From the IMG/VR virus record IMGVR_UViG_3300045971_000096, positions 1 to 54,559 of that record: a DNA stretch of 54,559 nt. One strand, given 5' to 3'. The notes beneath the pieces are model-generated. The model was not told the origin of the DNA. It did not search any database and was given only the letters and a program-made list of their open reading frames with translations. Made by a program: the position numbers and the translations under genes. Positions 7,369-15,690 of this stretch are shown in pieces. Each line of letters begins with the position of its first letter. Position 1 is the first letter of the stretch. The DNA is from a virus (taxonomy: Duplodnaviria > Caudoviricetes).

Positions 7369-9678
7369 TTATAAACTCGCTAGGTGATCTTTCTCTTCTT
7401 TGCCTAAACGCTTTTCAGCGGCAGCAATAATCTCTTTCTTGTGTTTCTTAACTTCAATGTCTCCCCACTTGTCAGCTGTCACAAGCTCTGGTTCTGTACC
7501 TGGCTTCCCGAATACCACGTTGACACCATTGTAGTCGTCAAAGTTGCTACTCATTTCGCTGCCCATAACAAGAACCATTACTCCATCAGGCATATGGCTT
7601 ACATCATAGCCTTTGTATGTTGGGGTTGCTGCTTCACCAACATATTCAGATGGCTGCTTTAGAAGCGTGAGACGATCTTTTACGTCATAAGCCATAACCA
7701 AATATTGCTGCGATGCTGCTAAGTTGCGGCGATCTTGATCATCCCATGCCTTCTCATATCCTTCTTCATAGTCCTTGTTTGACTTTGATCCCTTTGGGTA
7801 AGGGTTCTTTGGTTCTTTCTTACCCTTAGCAGTGTAAGTGTAGTACACATACTTTCCAAGAGCCTTAGCTTTTGGGTCAGACTCTTCAGCGGCTTCTTCA
7901 ACATACCCTGCTGAATCTCTACGCTTAGCTTCTGCTTTCAAAGCCTTAAGACCTGAAGTTGCATTGCTATCACCCATCTTAAGTTGTGATTCAAAGTCCT
8001 TGATCATCTCTTTAAGCTTGTCATCTGACAAAGCTCTTACAGCTTCCATATCAACTTCTTCAGCTACTTTAGTTGGGGCTGTAATGCCATATACTTGTTT
8101 CAAATGATTCTTATATGCAAGGCGCATATCCTTCCATTCCTTCATTCCTTCTTCAAATGACTTCTTGAAAGCACGTGCGACCCCATCAATGTCATAAGCA
8201 AATGCTTTTGAGAATTCACCCTTCTTATCATCTTCAGTATGAGCAGCTCTCATAAGCTGTTGCCAAAATGGTTCACCTTCTTCGCCAAGGATGCCGCGAG
8301 GGATCATCTTCATCATATCGCGAATCAAGCTTTCACCAACACGATTTTTAGCTTCATGTTCTGCTTGATTGTTGTCGCGTCCTTTCTTAACAGCCCGGAA
8401 GAAATCATCCCAATCAAGCGGGTCAGACTCAGCAAAATCAGCAAAATCGTTTTTGTTAACGTACTTCTCAACGTCGATAAGCTTCTTAACTTTAATAACA
8501 CTACCATCAGTAGCTACTAGAGTTGTCGGTTTAGTTACGTCCATCAAGTATGAGTAGTCATCACCCTTGAACCACATCTTGCCACCCTTCTTCTTAAGGT
8601 ATGCAATAATTTCTTTTTCTAGTTGTGCTGGTGTAATGTTCTTTTTCCAATCTTTATTGTCATATGTCAAGCCCCATTCTTTGAGAGCTTCTTCTTTAAC
8701 AGTTTTAGACTTGAAGATGTTCCAAGTGCGATCACCTTCACCATCAATGTCGCTCAACGCAACTTGAACTCCATCTTTATCTTTGAAGATCCAACGACCA
8801 TCTTTGTCTGTTGATTTAGTTGTAGGACCAAAACGTTCCTTCATAAGCTCAGTAGCTTTAGAAGAAGATGTTGTGTAGTAGGAATCGTCCTTAGCTTCTG
8901 ATGTAAGACCACGCTTCTTCATTTCACGATCAAGAACTTTGCGCTGTAAGCCGCGAGGAGTCTTGTCACCAGCTTTAGCATCCTTGCCAAATGGGAATCC
9001 AAAATCACCCGTCTTAGCTAGACGTTGAACTGTTTCGTCGTCATAACCTTTATTACGCTTGACAATATCTTTAGGGTCAGCAGGTTTTTCGCCACCTGGA
9101 CCTTCAGCTTCCTTATCCCATCCAGCCATACCACGCTTAACGCTCTTGATACCCTTCTTGATGGTATCAACAACACCTTCTTGTGCAAGATGCTTCTTCA
9201 TGAATGCTTGACCAAGTGACTCATATGTTTGACCACTCAATGCACCAAGTGGTGTAGCTTCTTTGTATGCTGATACGAAGTCGCTTGCGAAGTCTTCATC
9301 ATACTGGAAGTAATAGACTGCTGAACGACGACCAATATCTTTCTCAGCAAGCTTAAAACCAGCTGCAAGAATTTCTTCTTCTGTTGTGAGGTCTTTAGGA
9401 AGACGTGATGCAAGATCATCAGCATAACGCATTTCTTGCTTGGGCGTCATTTCATTTTCTGGTTGTGGTATCACTTGTTCTTCCTCTTTTACTTTAGTTA
9501 TCTTTGTTAGTTCTAAGACATCAGTCTTGTACCATTCTTTGATCTGGCTTGATGTCCAAGATGCAGGAAATGATGCTATTGATGTAATCTTTTTGCCATC
9601 TTTCTTGACAATTACTTTATAGTCTTGCTTTTTCTCTTTAGCTTCTGCCTCAGCAATAGTAGTAAGTTGTTTGAGCAT
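7369..9678 (-). CDS. Putative internal head polyprotein, 769 aa, K/E-rich
   Basis: Late promoter; leader MLKQLTTIAEA; about 10 hydrophobic-X-E sites separating unrelated segments; immediately downstream of gp23. Confidence 0.6.
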   Translation of the reverse strand: MLKQLTTIAEAEAKEKKQDYKVIVKKDGKKITSIASFPASWTSSQIKEWYKTDVLELTKITKVKEEEQVIPQPENEMTPKQEMRYADDLASRLPKDLTTEEEILAAGFKLAEKDIGRRSAVYYFQYDEDFASDFVSAYKEATPLGALSGQTYESLGQAFMKKHLAQEGVVDTIKKGIKSVKRGMAGWDKEAEGPGGEKPADPKDIVKRNKGYDDETVQRLAKTGDFGFPFGKDAKAGDKTPRGLQRKVLDREMKKRGLTSEAKDDSYYTTSSSKATELMKERFGPTTKSTDKDGRWIFKDKDGVQVALSDIDGEGDRTWNIFKSKTVKEEALKEWGLTYDNKDWKKNITPAQLEKEIIAYLKKKGGKMWFKGDDYSYLMDVTKPTTLVATDGSVIKVKKLIDVEKYVNKNDFADFAESDPLDWDDFFRAVKKGRDNNQAEHEAKNRVGESLIRDMMKMIPRGILGEEGEPFWQQLMRAAHTEDDKKGEFSKAFAYDIDGVARAFKKSFEEGMKEWKDMRLAYKNHLKQVYGITAPTKVAEEVDMEAVRALSDDKLKEMIKDFESQLKMGDSNATSGLKALKAEAKRRDSAGYVEEAAEESDPKAKALGKYVYYTYTAKGKKEPKNPYPKGSKSNKDYEEGYEKAWDDQDRRNLAASQQYLVMAYDVKDRLTLLKQPSEYVGEAATPTYKGYDVSHMPDGVMVLVMGSEMSSNFDDYNGVNVVFGKPGTEPELVTADKWGDIEVKKHKKEIIAAAEKRLGKEEKDHLASL

Positions 9679-9705
9679 TGTGTCATCCTGGAATAGTATT
9701 GATTC

Positions 9706-9711
9706 TATTTA
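9706..9711 (-). promoter_or_regulatory. Late promoter TAAATA
   Basis: ATAAATA between the gp23 terminator and the AGGA RBS of the 769-aa ORF. Confidence 0.7.
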
Positions 9712-9731
9712 TCACTATTCTATCCCGAGGC

Positions 9732-9759
9732 AAAAAGAAACCCGCCGAAGCGGGTTTCT
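9732..9759 (-). terminator. Rho-independent terminator after gp23 (UUCG tetraloop)
   Basis: Minus strand AGAAACCCGC-TTCG-GCGGGTTTCT-TTTT. Confidence 0.93.
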
Positions 9760-9784
9760 AATATCTTACTTACCTAATTCACTA

Positions 9785-11029
9785 TTACATGAATGAAAGG
9801 CTAGCAACGGAGATACGACCGTAGTAGTCAGCACTGTTACCAAGAGATGTAGTGCTTGAAGTAAAGGTAGCTTTACCGTAGCGTGTCATCAATGATACAT
9901 GTGGGTTGAATGTTTGTGGGTCAACAACAACACCAGAAGACATAAGAGGAATGTATGGGCAGTAGAAATAACCGCTGTCCATTTCACCAGAGCCACCCTT
10001 AAAGCCCATCAAGATTGGCTCAGTGCCTGTATCGTGATAGATGTAAGTGTAAACCTTGATAGAACCATTCAAAGTACCAACCAACTTAGTGTTGTTTGGA
10101 CCATCGAATGAACCGCTTACAGCTGGTGCGAAGACGGACTTAGCAGCAGATTGCAATACGGAAACAACAAGTGGAGAAACTACGATCCAGTTAGCTGGAC
10201 CACGGCGTGTCTTACGAGCAATTTCGTTAGCAACCTTGTTGATCAAGATGCCAAGAACCGCGTGACGATCACCAACATAGTTAGGAACACCAGTGAATGT
10301 TGTAGCTGCCATGTCAAAAGATTCTGTAGTACCAGCAAGAGCGATCAAGTCATTGATCAATTCATTGTCGATTTCAGAAACAACTGCTGCAGAAAGGGAT
10401 GCTGTGATTTCAGCTTCAAGGTCAAGACCATGAGATGCTTTCAAATCTTGCATAGCTTCTGGAGTCCAACGTGCTTGCAACTTGCGTGAGCCAGCTGTAA
10501 CAGTTTGCTTCAATACTTCAAGAGTAAGTGAACGACCACCGAATGCTTCGTAGTCAGATGTGATAGAAGCTGCACCAGTAGAAGAACCAGCACCAGCAGG
10601 CAATGCACCGCCGACAGCTGCTACGTCAGATGAAGAGTAGAAACGCTTCATTTTACCAAGGTTAGACCACATTTCTGTACCAGTTGTTACACCGAAAGCT
10701 TCATCAAGACCTGATGGAGTTGTTGCTGGGCCGTTAACAGCTTCAGCAAACAAGAAACGCATAGAGTATACAAGACCAACTGGACCGCTCATTGGCTGTA
10801 CGCCGACAAGTTCAGTAGCAATTGTGCCAGGGATAATACGGCGGATCATAGGGATCATGATCTTCTGGAAGGCTTGGATGCCACCAGCAGTGTTTGTGCC
10901 AGCGCCAGCAGTTTCCTGAAGGTGTTGCATTTGGTTTTCTAAGACAGGGCCTAGAATACGCTTCTTGCTTTCGGAAAGACCTTCAAGAAGTGTCTCTTTG
11001 GTTTCTGCCCAGTTTTCATATAGTTCCAT
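9785..11029 (-). CDS. gp23: Major capsid protein (T4 gp23-like)
   Basis: IPMIRRIIP..IATELVGVQPMSGPVG, SRKLQARWTPEAMQDLKASHGLDLEAE, YFYCPYIPL, MTRYG. Confidence 0.97.
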   Translation of the reverse strand: MELYENWAETKETLLEGLSESKKRILGPVLENQMQHLQETAGAGTNTAGGIQAFQKIMIPMIRRIIPGTIATELVGVQPMSGPVGLVYSMRFLFAEAVNGPATTPSGLDEAFGVTTGTEMWSNLGKMKRFYSSSDVAAVGGALPAGAGSSTGAASITSDYEAFGGRSLTLEVLKQTVTAGSRKLQARWTPEAMQDLKASHGLDLEAEITASLSAAVVSEIDNELINDLIALAGTTESFDMAATTFTGVPNYVGDRHAVLGILINKVANEIARKTRRGPANWIVVSPLVVSVLQSAAKSVFAPAVSGSFDGPNNTKLVGTLNGSIKVYTYIYHDTGTEPILMGFKGGSGEMDSGYFYCPYIPLMSSGVVVDPQTFNPHVSLMTRYGKATFTSSTTSLGNSADYYGRISVASLSFM

Positions 11030-11050
11030 TGAAATTCTCCTTAGGACTAA

Positions 11051-11923
11051 TTAAGAGTTCATACCAGCAAGTTTTCTCAATTGAGAAAATTTATCGCTAG
11101 CTACGGGTTTGGTTGGAGCAGACTGCTCATCACCTGTTACAACAACTGACTCAACCAAAGGCTGTGTCTTTGCATCTGCTTCTGGAGCTGCTTCTTCTTT
11201 AAGAACGCGGCCGATGAAGTGGTTATATGCTTCCTCTAGACGTGATGTTTCTACGTTCTGAAGAACGAAAGACATTTGTTCACGCTTCTTACCATTAAGA
11301 GGAGCAAGTATTTTTTCTAGTTTGGATTCGCGAACCATCTTAGCTTGTGACTCTTCGAGTTTAGCAATTGTGGATTCTGCGTCGCCGAGTTTAGCAACGG
11401 CCGCTTGTAACTTAGATTGAATTGAATCTTCGTCGATGTGAGCACCATTGAATTCAGTAGCGAATGCTTCAAAGATCTTACGGCCAAATTCGTTTTGTTT
11501 AACGATTTCTAGATCTTCACGAAGCTCTTTGAATTCTTCGCTAAGGCGAAGGTCAAAGAATGCATCCATCTTATCTACCAATTGGTCTAGTTCTTCTGAA
11601 AGTGTTTCTGCCATAGCATGCTTTTCTTCAACGATCTTTTCAGCATATTCTGCTTCAAGGTCGCGGAAGCGTTCGATGTCATGACGAAGCTCTTCGATTT
11701 CTTCTTCAAGTTTCTTAGCAACGAAAGTTTCGACGTTTTCAATCAAGCTGTCGCGTTCGTTAGCCCACTGTTCAGCAATTTCACCTCTTACCGTCATAGT
11801 AACATCTTCACGAACAGTAGTTTTATACTCTTCGATTGCTGTTGTCCATTGGGTAGAGATTTCTGCTCTTGCCTCTTCGCTTAATAGCTCAGAGTTTAGC
11901 AATTTCTGAAGGATTTCATCCAT
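11051..11923 (-). CDS. gp22: Prohead core scaffolding protein
   Basis: Acidic coiled-coil, FGRKIFEAF motif, position directly upstream of gp23. Confidence 0.85.
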   Translation of the reverse strand: MDEILQKLLNSELLSEEARAEISTQWTTAIEEYKTTVREDVTMTVRGEIAEQWANERDSLIENVETFVAKKLEEEIEELRHDIERFRDLEAEYAEKIVEEKHAMAETLSEELDQLVDKMDAFFDLRLSEEFKELREDLEIVKQNEFGRKIFEAFATEFNGAHIDEDSIQSKLQAAVAKLGDAESTIAKLEESQAKMVRESKLEKILAPLNGKKREQMSFVLQNVETSRLEEAYNHFIGRVLKEEAAPEADAKTQPLVESVVVTGDEQSAPTKPVASDKFSQLRKLAGMNS

Positions 11924-11949
11924 GCAGTTCTCCTTATTTGTTGGGGGAA

Positions 11950-11979
11950 TTAAAGACTGAATAGCCGTCTTTAATGGCT
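11950..11979 (-). promoter_or_regulatory. Candidate H-type RNA pseudoknot in gp22/gp23 leader
   Basis: mRNA AGCC-A-UUAAAGAC-GGCU-AUUCA-GUCUUUAA: two interleaved perfect stems. Confidence 0.5.
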
Positions 11980-12036
11980 TAGAACTTTAACGCGTTCAAT
12001 ATTATAAATATAAACATCGCGTGAAACGTACAATTT

Positions 12037-12044
12037 TATTTATA
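12037..12044 (-). promoter_or_regulatory. Late promoter TATAAATA for gp22-gp23
   Basis: Exact T4 late consensus in the intergenic region. Confidence 0.8.
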
Positions 12045-12105
12045 CGAACGCGTAAAAATCCATAAAAATCAAGCATATTTTATATGCTATCAAACTATTT
12101 CAAAC

Positions 12106-12294
12106 TTACTCTGTATCAATCTCGTCATTAGCAGTGAGTTCTTCTTCCTCTGCTGGAGCAACGGCTGGTTGGCCGATACCGGAAATTTCTTGCATCTTAG
12201 CTGTCATGTAACCATGTAGGTCCATGGATGCTTCTTCATGTTTATCGTTGATCAAGTTATTGAGCATCGACTTTAGTGCTTCTCTTTTGTCCAT
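12106..12294 (-). CDS. Small acidic prohead core protein (gp67-like)
   Basis: Acidic 62-aa ORF, AAGGAG RBS, in head cluster; pattern L..ML..LI.D..EEA...L...M..KM. Confidence 0.6.
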   Translation of the reverse strand: MDKREALKSMLNNLINDKHEEASMDLHGYMTAKMQEISGIGQPAVAPAEEEELTANDEIDTE

Positions 12295-12356
12295 ATTTTA
12301 TACTCCTTTGGCTGTGAGCCAGTGGGTGAGGAGGCTACCGGCCCCCGATCGGTTTA

Positions 12357-13091
12357 TTAATAGTTACCAGTCTTCTTGTTGAAGCGGCCCACTTCTTCGC
12401 CATTGTCATCGCGAGCAACGACTTCATCTTTCTCATCTTTGAATGTTAGACTCTTGAAGTTAGACTTCATGTCAGCTTTGAATGCTTCCAATTTTTTAGC
12501 AATGTCATCAGAAGATTCCATCAAACCTTTGTCTTGAAGCTCAGCAGCAACAAGTGCAAGAAGATGCTTTGTATCTGTCTCAGCCTTACCAACCATAGAA
12601 AGATACTTCTTAACCAATGGCTCAAGTGTAGCCATCTTTAGGTTAGGCGTTCCTTGGATCTTAGCTGCAATTTTCTTTGCCGCAAGTTCATCACTAATGC
12701 CCATAGGAGCGAGTGCTTCCTTGACATCTTCTTCTTTAGGAGCTTCTTCTTTTTCTTCCTTAGTGGAAGCTACGCCGTCTTTGAAGCCAGCGTCATAAAC
12801 TTTCTGAAGCAAACCTTCAAGGTCTTCACCCGTCTTGCCTTCAGCTTTCTTTGCAATCTTCTTGATGATAGCTGGAATGTCGTCTTCAGCTTCTTCACCT
12901 TCAGCTGGAGCAGCTGCATCATCTGCTGGCTCTTCTTCAGCTTCTTCCTTTTCAAGAACTGGTGCAATACCAGCCATCTTGCGAAGCAAGTCAAAAGATT
13001 CTTGAAGTTCTGTTTTCTTTGATTTCTTTGCAAGAGCAGCACGGTCTGTTGAAAGGCCGGCTAGCTGTCTAAGTCTTAAAATGTCGCTCAT
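12357..13091 (-). CDS. Prohead core / internal head protein
   Basis: LRQLAGL and LRKMAGI motifs shared with the gp22 C-terminus (LRKLAGM); LQE-S, VLE-K, VKE-A, LME-S gp21-type sites. Confidence 0.6.
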   Translation of the reverse strand: MSDILRLRQLAGLSTDRAALAKKSKKTELQESFDLLRKMAGIAPVLEKEEAEEEPADDAAAPAEGEEAEDDIPAIIKKIAKKAEGKTGEDLEGLLQKVYDAGFKDGVASTKEEKEEAPKEEDVKEALAPMGISDELAAKKIAAKIQGTPNLKMATLEPLVKKYLSMVGKAETDTKHLLALVAAELQDKGLMESSDDIAKKLEAFKADMKSNFKSLTFKDEKDEVVARDDNGEEVGRFNKKTGNY

Positions 13092-13104
13092 GATGTTCCT
13101 TTAA

Positions 13105-13395
13105 TTAAGAAGCTTCTTCTTCGAAGTGGGTTAATAGGTCGCCGAGTTCACCAATAGAGCTCTGAATAGCTTTAACAATATCGTTGTTACGACTTACACC
13201 ATTCGTGCTGAAGTTCTTATCTGTATCGCGCATGTGCTTTTTCCAATCAGCAGATGTAACGATTGCAAGAGCATCTTTAAGATGTTTTTCTGCCTTGTCA
13301 AATTCAGCGTCAAAGTCTGAAGACTCTTCGTAAGCTTCAACAACTTTAGATGGCTGCGAAGATTCTTGAATTTTAATTAGTTGTTGTAATAGCAT
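13105..13395 (-). CDS. Small internal head protein
   Basis: Leader MLLQQLIKIQES; lies between gp21 and core genes. Confidence 0.55.
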   Translation of the reverse strand: MLLQQLIKIQESSQPSKVVEAYEESSDFDAEFDKAEKHLKDALAIVTSADWKKHMRDTDKNFSTNGVSRNNDIVKAIQSSIGELGDLLTHFEEEAS

Positions 13396-13398
13396 GAT

Positions 13399-14013
13399 TT
13401 ATTTCTTTGTAATAGAGTCAATGAACTTCTTGATCTCAGCCGTCAAATACTTTTGAGCTTTCTTGTCATGCTGAACTGCTTCAGCAAGAGACATGATCTT
13501 TTGGTTTTCTACTGACTCACGGACTACATCTGGATAGCAGCCTGGACCAGAAGGTTGAGCTACAATGTCAAGAGTAACGAAAGCGAAGTCTTCAACTACA
13601 CCTTCTGAAGTTACATTGCCAGTACCGCGGGAAGATACTCCAAGCTTAACGCCACCTTCAATAAGGTTCTGAACAATAAGTCCAGATGGTGTGTTCAAAA
13701 CTTTGCACTTACCAACGGCATTGTCACCATCCATCCAAGCTTCAGTGATGATGTGAGATACATTCTTAAGGTCAACAGAAAGATTATCTGGGTGGTTAAG
13801 TTCACCCATAATGAAAGCACCTTCTTTTGCTTTTTCTGCAATAAGTCCAACAGCTCTTTGAATTTCAGCTCTAGGATATACTCTCTTGTTTAGATTTTGC
13901 TGCTCTGCAGCCATGATGCGACCAGAAAGATATAAATTCTTTAGTTGATCGCGAGACTCTACAAGAGCTGCGGCCACTGGCGTTAAGTGTTCAATGAGAA
14001 GTTGTTGTTTCAC
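13399..14013 (-). CDS. gp21: Prohead protease (GTG start)
   Basis: N.NKRVYP, GELNHP, VSHII, LNTPSG, LGVSSRGTG, DIVAQPS. Confidence 0.96.
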   Translation of the reverse strand: MKQQLLIEHLTPVAAALVESRDQLKNLYLSGRIMAAEQQNLNKRVYPRAEIQRAVGLIAEKAKEGAFIMGELNHPDNLSVDLKNVSHIITEAWMDGDNAVGKCKVLNTPSGLIVQNLIEGGVKLGVSSRGTGNVTSEGVVEDFAFVTLDIVAQPSGPGCYPDVVRESVENQKIMSLAEAVQHDKKAQKYLTAEIKKFIDSITKK

Positions 14014-14043
14014 TGGGAAATCTCCTGTGCATTTCTGATAAAT

Positions 14044-14051
14044 TATTTATA
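14044..14051 (-). promoter_or_regulatory. Late promoter TATAAATA for gp21, overlapped by an 11-bp inverted repeat (14046-14076)
   Basis: Exact consensus; TTTATAAGGGA / TCCCTTATAAA arms. Confidence 0.75.
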
Positions 14052-14076
14052 AGGGAACTAAGTGCTCCCTTATAAA

Positions 14077-15678
14077 TTATGCTGCAGGAGGTGTTTCTTC
14101 TGCTGGGGCATCAACTTCTGTGTTGATTTCTGCTGGTGCTTCAGCTTCTTCTGGAGGAGCTTCAACTGAAATGTCCTTACGATTTTCGTAAACAGCTGGG
14201 TCATATATCTGTTGAAGTTCATCAACCATCTGCTGGTCTTGAATATTACGTTCTTGCTTAAGCATTGCTTCATTCATCTGGATATCGTCTTCTGTCAATC
14301 CCAAGTAACGCTTCATAATGAATCGACGACTCAAATACTTGTTAGGTTCGATAGCGTTGAATGAATTAATAAGGTCAGTATCAAGAGCAGCTTGACGATA
14401 AAGATCGAAATTCTGTGGTTCAGCAAGCTTTAACACAAACATATCTGGGTCGATATTAATGCCTGTAACTTGAAGATAAACCTTAAATTGAGCATCTAAT
14501 ACTTCTTCAACGCAGGTCTGAAGACGTTGGACAAAGTTACCAAAGATACGTTCTTCCATGTAAGCAACACCAGTCTTACCGTCATTATAGGTAGCACCTG
14601 GAGCTGCAGCATCTGCACCCTTCATGTATGATGTAGGAACACGCAGAGCACGGAAGACTTTGTTCTGGAAGTAATCTAACTCAGGAATTTCCCATGTTGA
14701 ACCACCTGGAAGAGTTTCAACTCTAGAACCGCGACCAGCAGCTGTAGTTGGAAAGAAGTAATCTTCTTGAATAGATTCTGGGTTGTATGTTGAATCTGTA
14801 CCCTTTGTATCTTGTGTACTTGGCATACGCTTCTGACGAATGTCATTGCGAATCTGTTCAATGTATTGCTTGACACGCTGAGGAGGCATATTACCTACGT
14901 CAATGTAGAACACTCTACGCTCTGGTGCGCGTACAATACGATAGATAATAGCAGAGTCTTCCAGCATAGTAAGCTTCTGATAGTCTTTAAATGCTGGCTG
15001 AAGAATAGACAGACCAAATGGAGCCATATCACCAGTGTCATCTGACAATGTGAAGTGAATCATTGCTGAAGTTGGTGTGATTTCAACAGTTTCTTGCTTA
15101 CCCTGATTACCGTTTACTGTATTTCTAAAGCTAGATGGACGGACATGATATGCAACATTCTTTCCGTCTTGATCTATTTCAATACCAATAATGCGTGTTG
15201 GGTCTATATATTCCCAAGCTTTAGTGTCAGATGTTTTTCGGAAGAAGCAATCACCGTACTTGACAAGGTTTCGAGAAATATTAAACATTCTCTTATTAAG
15301 ATTATGGAACTTAGACCAATGGCGTAGTGCCGCTCTTAATGTAGTGACAGTAGTGTCTGGGACTTCTTGATTTTCTTCAGTTTGATAATCAACTATGAAC
15401 GGTAGATCTGTGCGTTTATCGGGATTAGAAATTTCTTCTGCTACAATATCGAGTGCTCGGGAAATATCTCCCATATCCATAGCATCATACTGTTTATATC
15501 GTTGTAAGCGAGCAGTTGCTCCCTTCATTAAATTTGTGAACCACGATACAGTAGAAAATGCTGCATACCCCGCAGTATTCAAATTCATACCATCATCCAT
15601 CACTACTGGTGGTTGATTATATGTAGTTTTTCTAGAAGGTGGAGTTACTATTCTCCAGTAGTTGGTCCATTGTGCCAT
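14077..15678 (-). CDS. gp20: Portal protein
   Basis: LEDSAIIYRIVRAPERRVFYIDVGNMP, EDYFFP...GRGSRVETLPGG, ALRVPTSY. Confidence 0.97.
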   Translation of the reverse strand: MAQWTNYWRIVTPPSRKTTYNQPPVVMDDGMNLNTAGYAAFSTVSWFTNLMKGATARLQRYKQYDAMDMGDISRALDIVAEEISNPDKRTDLPFIVDYQTEENQEVPDTTVTTLRAALRHWSKFHNLNKRMFNISRNLVKYGDCFFRKTSDTKAWEYIDPTRIIGIEIDQDGKNVAYHVRPSSFRNTVNGNQGKQETVEITPTSAMIHFTLSDDTGDMAPFGLSILQPAFKDYQKLTMLEDSAIIYRIVRAPERRVFYIDVGNMPPQRVKQYIEQIRNDIRQKRMPSTQDTKGTDSTYNPESIQEDYFFPTTAAGRGSRVETLPGGSTWEIPELDYFQNKVFRALRVPTSYMKGADAAAPGATYNDGKTGVAYMEERIFGNFVQRLQTCVEEVLDAQFKVYLQVTGINIDPDMFVLKLAEPQNFDLYRQAALDTDLINSFNAIEPNKYLSRRFIMKRYLGLTEDDIQMNEAMLKQERNIQDQQMVDELQQIYDPAVYENRKDISVEAPPEEAEAPAEINTEVDAPAEETPPAA

Positions 15679-15690
15679 AGTTTCTCTTAG

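Noticed and set aside
12292-12303. Late promoter just before the 62-aa ORF
   Set aside because: Sequence is TATAAAATA (extra A) and lies between SD and ATG
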